A stretch of DNA of 64,000 bases, from the NCBI GenBank assembly GCA_963422755.1, contig OY730488.1, one strand, 5' to 3'. This document shows, in pieces, positions 8,373-18,558 of the stretch. Within the stretch, counting starts at the first letter, position 1. Each line of letters opens with the position of its first letter. The notes beneath the pieces were generated by a model. It had not been told where the DNA came from. It saw only the letters and a list, made by a program, of their open reading frames with translations, and made no database searches. The stretch comes from Dehalococcoidia bacterium. GTDB lineage: Bacteria > Chloroflexota > Dehalococcoidia > Bin125. The position numbers and the translations under genes were made by a program.

Positions 8373-8702
8373 TCAGAATCCGCCATCTCGGCGCACGCCA
8401 GTTTTGCGCACCGTGGCCGCCCCGTAGACACCAAGTTGACAGGCCAGCCGAATCGGATCAGCCAGGGACTGCCGGCCACGCTGATTGACCAGCGCCTCCG
8501 CTTCCGCTCGGCCCATCTCCGAGACATGCTCTGCGCCATCGATCATGGTGACAAAACAACCCGCGCAGCGGCATTGCATATCGCACTGATTCGGCCACCA
8601 CAAGCCAGCGTCGCGCGCGGCCTGCATCAGACGCTCGCCCTCGGGGACCTCAACGGTCAGCCCGGATGGTTCGATCGTGACCGTGTGGCGCGGACCAAAC
8701 AC
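8373..8702 (-). CDS. 2Fe-2S ferredoxin-like protein
   Basis: The Cys cluster QCDMQCRCAGCFV plus a later Cys are consistent with a 2Fe-2S cluster binding domain. Confidence 0.55.
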   Translation of the reverse strand: MFGPRHTVTIEPSGLTVEVPEGERLMQAARDAGLWWPNQCDMQCRCAGCFVTMIDGAEHVSEMGRAEAEALVNQRGRQSLADPIRLACQLGVYGAATVRKTGVRRDGGF

Positions 8703-8703
8703 G

Positions 8704-9066
8704 CTAGCTCCTCGCCGCGACGTCCGCGCGCTTCACCCCCGCGAAGCCGAGAAAATCATCCTCCCAGCTCAACACCTGCTCCACAAACTGCTTCGGTACC
8801 GGACGGATCTGCGACGTGTCGATCCCGTCTGTCGACAGTGTCTCGGGCGGTGGTCCGACGAGGATGTTCTGCTCGGTCATGTTCTGCATCACTGTCTCAA
8901 CGATCACGCTTCGATCATCAGCACCGACCCCCGCCTCGATCGCCGTCCACTCCATATCGAGCACCAGGTCGACGAAGCCGCTCGTCACCATCAGACCCTC
9001 TTCAGCGAGCTGCTCGGCGATCCACTCGCCAGCTTCGTTCATCAGCGCTTCACTGGGTCTCGCCAT
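8704..9066 (-). CDS. Hypothetical protein, in the same operon as the ferredoxin (stop and start adjacent)
   Basis: An internal start (MARPSEALMNEAGEW...) fits operon spacing. There is no recognisable family. Confidence 0.4.
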   Translation of the reverse strand: MARPSEALMNEAGEWIAEQLAEEGLMVTSGFVDLVLDMEWTAIEAGVGADDRSVIVETVMQNMTEQNILVGPPPETLSTDGIDTSQIRPVPKQFVEQVLSWEDDFLGFAGVKRADVAARS

Positions 9067-9067
9067 C

Positions 9068-9283
9068 TCACTCGCCTCCCACGATCTCGGGCCGCTGGCT
9101 GTCGGTAATCGTATCGTCACTGTCGACGCCCAGACCCGACTGCAGGATCACAATCAACAGCAGCAGCGCGATCACGCCACTGACAACGATCAGCAGCGGC
9201 TTACGCAAACCCCGCGCTGCGCGCTGCGCCAGCACAGACACCATTGCCACCACCCGAGCGCCCGCAAAGCGTAATCTCATCAT
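9068..9283 (-). CDS. Small single-pass membrane protein
   Basis: The product has a hydrophobic segment (PLLIVVSGVIALLLLIVIL), and its stop lies 1 nt upstream of the next gene's start. Confidence 0.3.
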   Translation of the reverse strand: MMRLRFAGARVVAMVSVLAQRAARGLRKPLLIVVSGVIALLLLIVILQSGLGVDSDDTITDSQRPEIVGGE

Positions 9284-9397
9284 GCCTGCATGTTACCGCC
9301 GAGCTGTGCGACACTGGGTACACCAGCTGCCCCCGATGCTGCCCAGCATCAGGCAGCTCGAACACACAACCCTGAACAAATCCGAACAGGTTGACCC

Positions 9398-10549
9398 ATG
9401 ACGCGCCCTGTCCTGCACACCGAGATGTGCGACATCCTTGACATCGAGTACCCCATCGCGCTCGCCGGCATGGGCCCCACGGTCGGCGGCGGACAGGGCG
9501 GCGTCGCCGGGCCAGAGCTGGTCGCGGCTATCTCCAACGCCGGCGGACTGGGCGTGCTCGGCGCGGCCGGCTTCCCGCCCGACCGCCTCGAAGCGCAGAT
9601 TCGACGCATCCAGGACCTCACCGATCGTCCCTTCGGCGTCGACATCCTTGTCCCCTCGAACGTCGCGCCGCGACCCAGCCGCCGCGAACGACCAGCGGAC
9701 CCGCGCGACCTGCTGCCCGACGAGCAGAAAAGCGTGATCGGCGACATTCGCGCCAGCCTCGACCTGCCCGACGTCCAAGCGCCGCGCGCCGACGTGCGCA
9801 CGCCACGCTTCACGCCCCAGGATCAGGTCGACGCGATCACTGGGATGCAAGTGCCCGTGCTCGCGACCGGACTGGGCAACCCCGCGCCATTCGTCGACCA
9901 GGTGCACACGGCCGGCGGCAAGGTGATCTCGCTGGTCGGCAACGTCAAGAACGCCCGCCGCGTCTCCGACGGCAACGCCGACATCGTCGTCGCGCAGGGC
10001 CACGAGGCAGGCGGACACACCGGTCGGATTGGCACGATGGCGCTGCTGCCGCAGGTGCTCGACGCCGTCGCGCCCAAGCCCGTGATCGCGGCGGGCGGGA
10101 TCGGCGACGGACGCGGCCTCGCCGCGGCGCTGGCCATGGGCTGCGTCGGCGTCTGGTGCGGCACCGTCTTCATCCCCACCCAGGAGGCCAACCTCGACGA
10201 GTACCGCAAACGCCGCATCCTCGCCGCCAACGACGAGGACACGCGCGTCACCCGCCTATACTCGGGCAAGACGATGCGGAACATCACCAACGAACTGATC
10301 GAATCCTGGGAAGACAGCGGCGCCCAGGCGCTACCGATGGGTCTGCAAGGCCTGCTGATCGCGGACATCGCCGAAGCCGCCAAACAGGGCGCGCGCGAAG
10401 ACCTGCTGATGAACGCCGCCGGCCAAATCTCAGGGCTGCTGCACGAACTCCGCCCCGCCGCCGAAGTGCTGGAGGAGATGGTCCGCGAAGCGGTCGAAGT
10501 GTTCACCTCCCGCCTCCCCGCCAACGTCAAAGCAGCCATCACCGCCTAG
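9398..10549 (+). CDS. Nitronate monooxygenase (2-nitropropane dioxygenase; FabK-like FMN enzyme)
   Basis: It shows the NMO TIM-barrel signature IAAGGIGDGRG, AQGHEAGGHTG and an N-terminal IALAGMG. Confidence 0.85.
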   Translation: MTRPVLHTEMCDILDIEYPIALAGMGPTVGGGQGGVAGPELVAAISNAGGLGVLGAAGFPPDRLEAQIRRIQDLTDRPFGVDILVPSNVAPRPSRRERPADPRDLLPDEQKSVIGDIRASLDLPDVQAPRADVRTPRFTPQDQVDAITGMQVPVLATGLGNPAPFVDQVHTAGGKVISLVGNVKNARRVSDGNADIVVAQGHEAGGHTGRIGTMALLPQVLDAVAPKPVIAAGGIGDGRGLAAALAMGCVGVWCGTVFIPTQEANLDEYRKRRILAANDEDTRVTRLYSGKTMRNITNELIESWEDSGAQALPMGLQGLLIADIAEAAKQGAREDLLMNAAGQISGLLHELRPAAEVLEEMVREAVEVFTSRLPANVKAAITA

Positions 10550-10641
10550 AGCAAGCAACTCTCAGCTCCCGCCCTGCGCGCGTAGGTGTGATATGGTGCG
10601 CGGCTGTGCGAATTGCGCGGCTGCATCCCGGAGGAGGGGCC

Positions 10642-11697
10642 ATGAGCCTACGCGCATTCACACTATCCGTTCTCACCGCTCTCACCACACTGTGCCTGAC
10701 AGCGCTGAGCATCGCTTCAATCGCAAGCGACGAGCACGAACCACTCGCAAACCCGCACGCAACCCGCATCAGCGCCAAACCACTAGCCGACGGACGGATC
10801 GAATTCGCCGTCCAGCTGGCAGAATCGTCATGTGACGAAGACACAAACACAATGGACACAATGGAAACAGAGGATTGCGAGCGAACAGAAACGAGCTGGG
10901 GGAAGCGCGTCTTACCGCAGGTCCGCAAGTTCCCGGCCAAGCCAACCACCGAGCGCTGGTACTCATCGAGCCCGCCGATACTGATCGGCGAGGTGGAAAC
11001 GCGGATTCGCGCCCGCCGCCTGGCGGACGGCAGAACCGAGTTCGCGCTGCAGCAGAAAGCGGACGGAATCTCCTGGGGCGAACACATCCTGCCCAGCGGA
11101 CGCTACATCTCCGCCGCGCACCAAGAATCGCACATCGACCGCTGGTTGAACTCGACGCCCGCACAGCTCGCGCGCAAAGTGGTGGCTCCAGACGGAGTGC
11201 CGATCGTCGCTGAGGGAGTGCTGGCGCGCAGCGATCTCGATGGCTACAGCTGGACGAGCGCCGAGCCGTCCTTCTACTACGGCGCGCAACAAGATCCACT
11301 CGACGACACATACGACACATGGGTGGTCATGGTTGCCAAAACGGACGATGACCTCTATGACACCATGCGCATTCAAGTGTCATGTTACGGCGGGAAGTTC
11401 GAAGTCGCTTTCTGGGAAGATGGATTGCCCTATCAATCTGACGACAGATACGTCCGCGTGTCCTATAGATTCGATGATGACGATGCTGAGAGCGGATCAT
11501 GGAATCACTACGAAGGCAGTAACGACGGCTTTTATCCCCCGAACGCCGCGGCATTTGCAGACAAGCTGAGAAGCGCCGACCAATTCGTGATCAGGGCGAG
11601 CTTCTACTCCCGAACACTCACCGCCACTTTCACGGGCGTGCATCGGCTCTTCCGGACACCGGTCCAGCCCAACCTCACCTACTGCGGACGCTACTAG
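10642..11697 (+). CDS. Secreted hypothetical protein with an internal tandem repeat
   Basis: A strong GGAGGAGG ribosome-binding site precedes the ATG. The product has a signal peptide (MSLRAFTLSVLTALTTLCLTALSIASIA) and two repeated modules (RISAKPLADGRIEFAVQLAES and RIRARRLADGRTEFALQQKADG). The long alternative-frame ORF 10156..11697 is spurious. Confidence 0.7.
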   Translation: MSLRAFTLSVLTALTTLCLTALSIASIASDEHEPLANPHATRISAKPLADGRIEFAVQLAESSCDEDTNTMDTMETEDCERTETSWGKRVLPQVRKFPAKPTTERWYSSSPPILIGEVETRIRARRLADGRTEFALQQKADGISWGEHILPSGRYISAAHQESHIDRWLNSTPAQLARKVVAPDGVPIVAEGVLARSDLDGYSWTSAEPSFYYGAQQDPLDDTYDTWVVMVAKTDDDLYDTMRIQVSCYGGKFEVAFWEDGLPYQSDDRYVRVSYRFDDDDAESGSWNHYEGSNDGFYPPNAAAFADKLRSADQFVIRASFYSRTLTATFTGVHRLFRTPVQPNLTYCGRY

Positions 11698-11734
11698 GGC
11701 CACCACACGGCAGGCGGCGCGCTAGGCTACCTCC

Positions 11735-13018
11735 ATGACTCCAACCGCCCTCGACGGCGTCCGTGTGCTCGACCTCAGCTCGGAGATGGGCTGGTACGCA
11801 GGTAAGCTCCTCGCCGACCTCGGCGCGGATGTGATCAAGGTCGAACCCGTCGGCGGCGATCCCGCGCGGGCGCGTCCGCCGTTCTGGCTCGGTCAGCCTG
11901 GCCGCGAAACCTCGCTGCGCTTCTGGTACTTCAACGCCAACAAGCGCTCGGTCACCGTCGATCTGCAGCAGTTCGACGGACGCTGGCTCTTCGGACGCCT
12001 TGTCGAGACCGCCGACATCGTGATCGAGTCCTGGAGTGAGTCCGAGCGCGCAGCGCTGGCGACGCTGGAGATCGAGCCCGCGGCGTACCTTGAACAGCGA
12101 CCGTCACTGGTCTGGGCGTCGATCACTGGCTTCGGGCTCGATGGACCAAAGGCGGGCTGGGAGGTCACCGACATCGTCGCGCAGGCGGCGTCAGGCATCG
12201 CCACGCTGGCTGGCTATCCCGACGGCGCGCCGATGCGCATCGCCGGCAATCAGGCCTACATCGTGGCAGGCATCTCGGCGAGCCAAGGCGCCATGCTGGC
12301 GCTCCTGCAGGCGGAAGCGAGCGGCATCGGACAACGCGTCGAGACCTCGATCCAGGAAGCGTTCTCGATCTGCCAGGAGACCGCGCACCTGCAATGGGAC
12401 TTCCTGCGCACCTCCCGTGAGCGCGTCGGCGAGCGACGCCGATTGCCCGGAATCGGCACATATCAGACCCGCGACGGCTACATCTTCTCGATGGTCGGCA
12501 TCCCCGGCTTCGGCGCACCATGGTCGGAAGTGATCAACTGGATGGACGAGTCCGGACTGGCCGGCGATCTGACTGAGCAGGAAGACCTGGAGACCTTCGC
12601 CAAGTTTGACTTGCGCATCCTGCTGGACGATGCGGAACAGGCCAGGTTCGCCCCGCTGCTGGAACGCACGCACGAGCTCCTCTCCAGGTTCTACGCCAGC
12701 AAAACGTCGGTGGAGCTGTACGAGGAGGGACAATCGCGACGGCTGCTGATCGGCCAGGTCGCGACCCCCGCCGACCTGGCCGAGAACCAACACCTCGCGG
12801 CGCGCGAGTGGTGGCTGGAGCTCAACCAGCCCACCACGCTGGGACGCCCCGATGCCGCACTCAAGTTCCCCGGTTCGCCTTACCGCCTGTCCGAGACGCC
12901 AACCTCCATTCGTCGTCCGGCGCCCAGAATCGGTGAGCACAATCAGGAAGTATGGACAGCGGAGGTCGGCATTCCCGCTGCAGACCTGCTCGCATTCGCC
13001 GGCGAGGGCGCAATATGA
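11735..13018 (+). CDS. Family III CoA-transferase (CaiB/BaiF)
   Basis: The N-terminus LDGVRVLDLSSEMGWYAGKLLADLGADVIKVEP is followed by the family III architecture. Confidence 0.85.
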   Translation: MTPTALDGVRVLDLSSEMGWYAGKLLADLGADVIKVEPVGGDPARARPPFWLGQPGRETSLRFWYFNANKRSVTVDLQQFDGRWLFGRLVETADIVIESWSESERAALATLEIEPAAYLEQRPSLVWASITGFGLDGPKAGWEVTDIVAQAASGIATLAGYPDGAPMRIAGNQAYIVAGISASQGAMLALLQAEASGIGQRVETSIQEAFSICQETAHLQWDFLRTSRERVGERRRLPGIGTYQTRDGYIFSMVGIPGFGAPWSEVINWMDESGLAGDLTEQEDLETFAKFDLRILLDDAEQARFAPLLERTHELLSRFYASKTSVELYEEGQSRRLLIGQVATPADLAENQHLAAREWWLELNQPTTLGRPDAALKFPGSPYRLSETPTSIRRPAPRIGEHNQEVWTAEVGIPAADLLAFAGEGAI

Positions 13019-14259
13019 CATTGACAACCAGCCAGCGCCCCCTGGATGGCATCCGCGTCGCCGATTTCTCCTGGTTCGGCGCGGGCCCGATCGCCGCACG
13101 GACGCTCGCCGACTTCGGCGCAGAGGTGATTCGAATCGAATCGGAAGCCCGCGTCGACGGCCTGCGCATCGGCGAACCGATCAAGCCTGGCGGAACCGGC
13201 TACAACGTCTGCGCATACTTCAACAACTTCAACGCCGGTAAGCGCTCGTTCTTGCTCAACATGTCTATGGACGGCGCGCGCGCCGTCGCCTACCGACTGA
13301 TTGAGCGTTCCGACATCTTCATCTCCAACCTGACGCCGCGCATGTTCGAACGCTGGGGGCTGAGGTACGAGGATCTCTGCAGCATCAAGCCCGACATCAT
13401 CGCCGCCTACCAACCCATGCTCGGTTTGTGGGGTCCGCATCGCGACCACGCCGGCTTCGGCGCCGTGTTGACTCCAACGACCGGCATTTCGCATCTGTCG
13501 GGCGATCCTGAACGCAAGCCGGTTGGGGTAGGCACCAACTATCCGGACTACGTGATCAATCCCGGCCACACCGTCATTGCCATCTTGGCCGCGCTCCGCC
13601 ACCGTCGACGCAGCGGCCATGGTCAGCGCATCGAGCTGGCCCAGCTGGAGTCCGTCGCCGCCACGATGGGGCCGGCGTTGCTCGACTACACCGCCAACGG
13701 AGTCGTACAGAGCCGCAAGGGGAATCAGTCCTCCTGGATGTGCCCGCACGGAATCTACCAATGCGCGAACGACCCCGCGGGGCGCGAACGCTGGATCGCG
13801 ATCGCCATCAGCTCGGACCAGCACTGGGCGTCGCTCTGCACCGTCGCCGACAGCGCGGCATTCGCGTCGGACGACCGCTTCGGTACTCTCTTGGGGCGAC
13901 GCCGTCACGAGTCCGAGCTGAACGACATCGTCTCCGAGTGGACCGCTGGCTGCGATGCCGCGTCGCTGGCCGCCACCCTGCAGTCGGCCGGGGTAGCGGC
14001 ATCCGTGGTGCAAGACGCGGAGGACATCTGCGAGCACGACGAGCATCTGACGGCGCGCGGCTACTACCAGTACATCGACCATCCAGAGACCGGCCGCTCG
14101 CTCTACGACGGACCGATCGTGAAGCTGCACGGCGCCCCCGGTCGACTGGACACTCCGGCACCGTTGTTCGGCAACCATACCTACGAGGTCGCGGTGGACG
14201 TGCTGGGCTACTCCGCCGAGGAAGTGGCGGAGCTCACCGCCCGCGGCGTGCTCAGCTAG
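13015..14259 (+). CDS. Family III CoA-transferase (CaiB/BaiF), translationally coupled to the preceding paralog (ATGA overlap)
   Basis: The N-terminus is LDGIRVADFSWFGAGPIAARTLADFGAEVIRIES. Its start overlaps the upstream stop. Confidence 0.85.
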   Translation: MTLTTSQRPLDGIRVADFSWFGAGPIAARTLADFGAEVIRIESEARVDGLRIGEPIKPGGTGYNVCAYFNNFNAGKRSFLLNMSMDGARAVAYRLIERSDIFISNLTPRMFERWGLRYEDLCSIKPDIIAAYQPMLGLWGPHRDHAGFGAVLTPTTGISHLSGDPERKPVGVGTNYPDYVINPGHTVIAILAALRHRRRSGHGQRIELAQLESVAATMGPALLDYTANGVVQSRKGNQSSWMCPHGIYQCANDPAGRERWIAIAISSDQHWASLCTVADSAAFASDDRFGTLLGRRRHESELNDIVSEWTAGCDAASLAATLQSAGVAASVVQDAEDICEHDEHLTARGYYQYIDHPETGRSLYDGPIVKLHGAPGRLDTPAPLFGNHTYEVAVDVLGYSAEEVAELTARGVLS

Positions 14260-15125
14260 TCCGCAGCGTCGCCGAATCCCAACGCTCGTTCGAGGAACGG
14301 CCCGACCGGCTGGATGCCTTGCGGCATGAAGTCCCAGTGACCGCACGGCAACCAGACCAACTCACGCGGCTCCGACAGCAAGTCGTAGAAGCGCTGCGTC
14401 GCCTCGGGCGTGATCAGGTCGTCACGTTCGCCCGCGACCACCTGGATTGCGCGCCCGTCCATCAGCGGCGCATACAGACCTGGATCCGTCAGAGCGTTGG
14501 CGAGTGCGCCAACCGATTCATCAGCCATACCGCTGCGACTCGACAGCGTACTCGCGCCAGAGATGCAAAACGACGCTGCCTTGACCCGCTCGTCTATCCC
14601 CACGAACGCCGCGCCGCGCATGCCACCCATCGAGAATCCAACGAACCCCACCCGCTCCGCGTCAACCTCTGGCCGTGCCGACAGGTAGTCCAGCGCTCGC
14701 ATCCAGTCGACCACAGTCTGCAGCGACTGATCGAGGCGGCGCATCGGCCAGCGCTGAAAGTCCTCCATGGCGACCGGCCGACGCGCCCGCTCGCCATGGC
14801 CAGCCTGGTCGATTGTGGCGCAGATCGCCCCGCGCGCAACCCACTGCTCCGCCGGCCAGAGCACGTAGTCGCTCGATTTGTCCAGCGTGCCCGGATGACC
14901 GACCAGGATCAGCGGACGCGGGCCCGCCGCCTCGGCCGACTGCATGAGCAATCCGCTGACCCGCTCGTCATAACGCGAAGTGATCTCGAATCTCTCGACC
15001 ACCAACCCACCACCCTCGCCGGCAGGAGCAGTGCGCGCGTCGAAGGGCAGGTCGCGGTCGTAACCAAATGCCAGGGCGCGCAGCAGCTCCAGCGCCTGGG
15101 TAGAATCTTGTGAAGCCTCACTCAT
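14256..15125 (-). CDS. Alpha/beta hydrolase (dienelactone-hydrolase / acetyl-esterase-like)
   Basis: It has a GFSMGG nucleophile motif. The start was chosen at MSEASQ... Confidence 0.7.
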   Translation of the reverse strand: MSEASQDSTQALELLRALAFGYDRDLPFDARTAPAGEGGGLVVERFEITSRYDERVSGLLMQSAEAAGPRPLILVGHPGTLDKSSDYVLWPAEQWVARGAICATIDQAGHGERARRPVAMEDFQRWPMRRLDQSLQTVVDWMRALDYLSARPEVDAERVGFVGFSMGGMRGAAFVGIDERVKAASFCISGASTLSSRSGMADESVGALANALTDPGLYAPLMDGRAIQVVAGERDDLITPEATQRFYDLLSEPRELVWLPCGHWDFMPQGIQPVGPFLERALGFGDAAD

Positions 15126-18100
15126 AGCGCAGCGCATCGGCAATCGTGATCCGCGCCGCCTGTCGCGCTGGGAAGTATGTCAGCACCAACGACGCCGCGA
15201 ACGCGCCGAACAGCACCGGCAGGATCGTGCCCAGCGGGACGTTCATGGCAATGTCGCCGAACGTGCCCTCAGCGAACAGTCGCCAAGCCATCCCCAACGC
15301 CAGCGCCGTGCCGAGCCCCAGCCCGAGCAGCGCGATAAAGGCCATCTCGACCATCAGCTCGAACCCTACCAACCGCGCCTGGAATCCGATCGCGCGCAGC
15401 ACGCCGATCTGTTGCCGCCGCTCGACCACCGCGCGCAAAGCGATCACGCCCAACGCCGCCAGCCCGGCCACAAGCCCGATCCCGATGAAACCCTGGAAGA
15501 GCGCCAGGATCGACGACTGCACCCTCTGCTGATCCTCCAGCTCGCCCTTGATGTCAACAGCCACGATCCGCAGCTCACGTTCGATGCCTTGCGCCACTTC
15601 CAGTGAGTCGTCGCCCGATATCGTCGAGATGTAATGCCGTATGAGCTCAGGTGGGCCAGCCACGTCACGTGCGATCTGCATCGGCGTCAGGAAGGTCGGC
15701 AGATTATTCTCTTCACCGTCCAAATCGACCGCGGTGCCGCCGATAAAGTCGAGTACGCCGATCACCTCCACCTGGCGTGCAGAATCGCCCAGCCCCAGTT
15801 CCACCACGATGCGCGGCAACCGCTCCGAGGAGTCATCGCTGACCGAGTCGGGGGCTGACCATGGATCGAGGCTGCTGCCGCCGCCAAACCCAGCGAAGCC
15901 GCCCTCCAAGGCATCGGCTGTGGCGACCGCCACCGGTTCGCCGCGACGCAATGCATCCCAGACATCTTCCGCGCTGTCGTAGCGATAGGAGATCGCCAGG
16001 AAGCCGATCTCCTGTCCGTCGATAAAGGCCTGGTTCACCCCACCGAGCACCACCCCGTCACGATCGCCCACCGCCACGCGATCGAGGTCAGTCTCGATCG
16101 GCTGCACATTGCCGCCAGCATCGAGGATGGGGCGATCGTCTACCGTGCTCCACTGCTCGGTCAGAACGGTGACGGCGTACGTCCCTGGCAGCCTCGCGAC
16201 GTCGATGCGGCCGGTCTGCTCGATGCGCTCCAGCACATCATCAGCGCCACGCTCCCTGAGCTCAGCGCTGATGTCGGACACTGCGTTCACGTCTGTGTTC
16301 CAGGCGAGGACTTCGAATCCACCCGCGCTATCGCTGCCGGTGAACGCCTCGCTGAAGGACGAATTGATCGTGGCAAAGTTGACCAGCGCAAACGTGATCA
16401 GCGTGATCATCGCGATGGTCATCCCAGTCCGATACCGGGCGGCGGCTGGATACGCGGCGGCCGTGCGAATCACCGGCGCCATTCGCCCAATCCCGCCGAC
16501 TACGTTGCGAATCGCTCCAACGATCAGATCCAGATTGAACACCAACAGCAGCGTGCCAGCGGCAGTCAACATCGTGCCGGCGAGGACGAACAACTCAGGT
16601 CCGCCATCGAGACGCACGCTGAAGACGTCCTCATGCCAGTAGCTCGGAATGAACCAGATAAACAGCACGAATCCCGCACCGAGCGTGTACAGCGCCCGCT
16701 GGGGGAGACGGCGCCCGCCCAGCCGTAGCTTGTTCAGCCCCATCACCACACCCAGCGGCACAAGCGAGACACCGGTCATGTAGGGGAATAGCACCTCCTG
16801 CCCCAACCCAAGATCAAAGAGATACAACCCACCGACGATAAACAGTGCCCACCACTGTGGATTCCACTGCATCAAGCGCCAGCCCAGAAACATTGTCCAG
16901 GGCACGAGCCGGCGCGCTCCGCGGGTTCCGATCAGCCGCAGCACCAGCGCGATCGGCGCGCCGATGATCAGCGTCAGCGGCGTCAGGATCAGCAGCCCGA
17001 GACCGATCGCGGTGGTAAAGACACCCAACACATTGCGCAGCACCCGCCGCAACGTGAGCGGATGCGTCTCCTCATACTGCGACTCCGGGATGTCGCGAAT
17101 CGCGGCGACAATATTGAGCCGCGCCGCGCGAAAACTGGAGATCACCACGGTGATAAATGTGATCACAACGCCGATCCCGGCTGAGATCACGAGGCTCTTC
17201 AGCGTCACGGTCCAGGTGAATTGGAAGCCGAAGCTCTCGAATCCCTGATTGAGCACCGCGATCATCCCGATCGCAAACAGCAGCCCCAACACGACGCCCA
17301 GCACCGCCGCGCCCAGGTTGTAGACCATGCCTTCGGAGATGAACATCTGGATCAGATCGTTGCGTTGCATGCCGACCGCGCGCGCGATGCCCATCTCCGG
17401 CTTCCGCTCCTCCGCCAGCATGGCGAAGATCAGGAAGATCAGCAGCACACCCGCCGCCACCGAGAACGACCCCATGAACAAGAACAGCAACGTCAGACCG
17501 GCCGCGACCAATTCCGCAAACTCTAACGTATCTGCCTTGACCGGCTCGACCTCGTACCGCTCAACGCCGTTGCTGAGATACGTCTCGGGCGAGCGCCCCG
17601 CCAATCGGCCGAGCGCCACGGTGATCTCGGCCTCCAGCGCGTCAGACGACTCCAGTCCCCCGACTACACCGCCCACTGCACTGACAATGACCACCGACCA
17701 CTCGCCCGGCGGCGCAATGGCTGGACCGAGCAGCTGTTCAAAGACCGACACGTCCACGACGCCGCCGGCACTGCTACTCGCCCCCGTATCACCGCTCAGC
17801 GCACTATCGACCGCGACATCCGCAACGACGAACTGGCGTTCGCTCGCCCGTACGTAGAGGCTGATCGTGTCGCCAGGCTCAGCATCCAATTCTCGCGCCG
17901 CCGACCGATTGATCACGATCTGATCAGCTGACAACGCGCCCAGATCGATCTGCTCACCATCGAGGTTGGGCAGCGTCTCCAGTCGCATGATCACATCAGA
18001 GTCGAGACCGGTCAGGACAAACTGCGTCTCGATCTGTCCAGCCGTGCGATGCTCGGCTGGCACCTGCTCCCAACGGACTCCGAAAACCGCGTCGACGCGC

Positions 18101-18480
18101 TCGTCGGAACCGATCTCGGCTCGGAGATCATCCAGCACCTGCGCTGGTAGGGCGTCGCTCTCGTCATCGGCCGAGGCAGCGCCCGCGCTGCTGGACACAA
18201 TGTGATCGATCCGTTGCAATCCGTCCAGTGCGACGTTGCGGATGCTGACCGCGAGCGAATCGCCTGTCGAAAAGGCGATCGTGACGATGACTGTGGCCAG
18301 CGTCAGGCCCATCGTCACGAGCACGGTCTGCGCACGCCGGCGCGGGATGTTGCGCAGTCCCACCCGCACGAGAATCGGGCGCTTCAGGAAAATAAACGCA
18401 ATCACGCCAGCGGCGACGCCAACGATTGCCACCACGATCCACATCAACTGAATCGTCGGTAAACCAAAGATTTCTTCCAT
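15118..18480 (-). CDS. Large ABC-transporter permease with duplicated FtsX domains (MacB/YbbP-like)
   Basis: The 1120-aa protein begins with a TM helix and has two FtsX-type 4-TM bundles separated by large extracytoplasmic domains. Confidence 0.85.
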   Translation of the reverse strand: MEEIFGLPTIQLMWIVVAIVGVAAGVIAFIFLKRPILVRVGLRNIPRRRAQTVLVTMGLTLATVIVTIAFSTGDSLAVSIRNVALDGLQRIDHIVSSSAGAASADDESDALPAQVLDDLRAEIGSDERVDAVFGVRWEQVPAEHRTAGQIETQFVLTGLDSDVIMRLETLPNLDGEQIDLGALSADQIVINRSAARELDAEPGDTISLYVRASERQFVVADVAVDSALSGDTGASSSAGGVVDVSVFEQLLGPAIAPPGEWSVVIVSAVGGVVGGLESSDALEAEITVALGRLAGRSPETYLSNGVERYEVEPVKADTLEFAELVAAGLTLLFLFMGSFSVAAGVLLIFLIFAMLAEERKPEMGIARAVGMQRNDLIQMFISEGMVYNLGAAVLGVVLGLLFAIGMIAVLNQGFESFGFQFTWTVTLKSLVISAGIGVVITFITVVISSFRAARLNIVAAIRDIPESQYEETHPLTLRRVLRNVLGVFTTAIGLGLLILTPLTLIIGAPIALVLRLIGTRGARRLVPWTMFLGWRLMQWNPQWWALFIVGGLYLFDLGLGQEVLFPYMTGVSLVPLGVVMGLNKLRLGGRRLPQRALYTLGAGFVLFIWFIPSYWHEDVFSVRLDGGPELFVLAGTMLTAAGTLLLVFNLDLIVGAIRNVVGGIGRMAPVIRTAAAYPAAARYRTGMTIAMITLITFALVNFATINSSFSEAFTGSDSAGGFEVLAWNTDVNAVSDISAELRERGADDVLERIEQTGRIDVARLPGTYAVTVLTEQWSTVDDRPILDAGGNVQPIETDLDRVAVGDRDGVVLGGVNQAFIDGQEIGFLAISYRYDSAEDVWDALRRGEPVAVATADALEGGFAGFGGGSSLDPWSAPDSVSDDSSERLPRIVVELGLGDSARQVEVIGVLDFIGGTAVDLDGEENNLPTFLTPMQIARDVAGPPELIRHYISTISGDDSLEVAQGIERELRIVAVDIKGELEDQQRVQSSILALFQGFIGIGLVAGLAALGVIALRAVVERRQQIGVLRAIGFQARLVGFELMVEMAFIALLGLGLGTALALGMAWRLFAEGTFGDIAMNVPLGTILPVLFGAFAASLVLTYFPARQAARITIADALRYE

Positions 18481-18558
18481 CAGTCAACTCTTCTCATTGG
18501 CGCCTACCGGAACATGAAAGAGTGCGACGGGCGCTGGCCACTGCCAGCCGCCGAACTG

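Noticed and set aside
10156-11697. 513-aa ORF overlapping the end of the NMO gene in another frame
   Set aside because: Its N-terminal 160 aa are a low-complexity Arg/Pro/Gly-rich translation typical of out-of-frame GC-rich DNA. The real gene starts at the ATG at 10642, which has a ribosome-binding site and a signal peptide.
12191-14346. Long minus-strand ORFs (302 aa and 467 aa) antisense to the two CoA-transferase genes
   Set aside because: They are Arg/Ala/Gly-rich with no family resemblance and lie antisense to strongly supported CaiB-family genes. They are high-GC artefacts.
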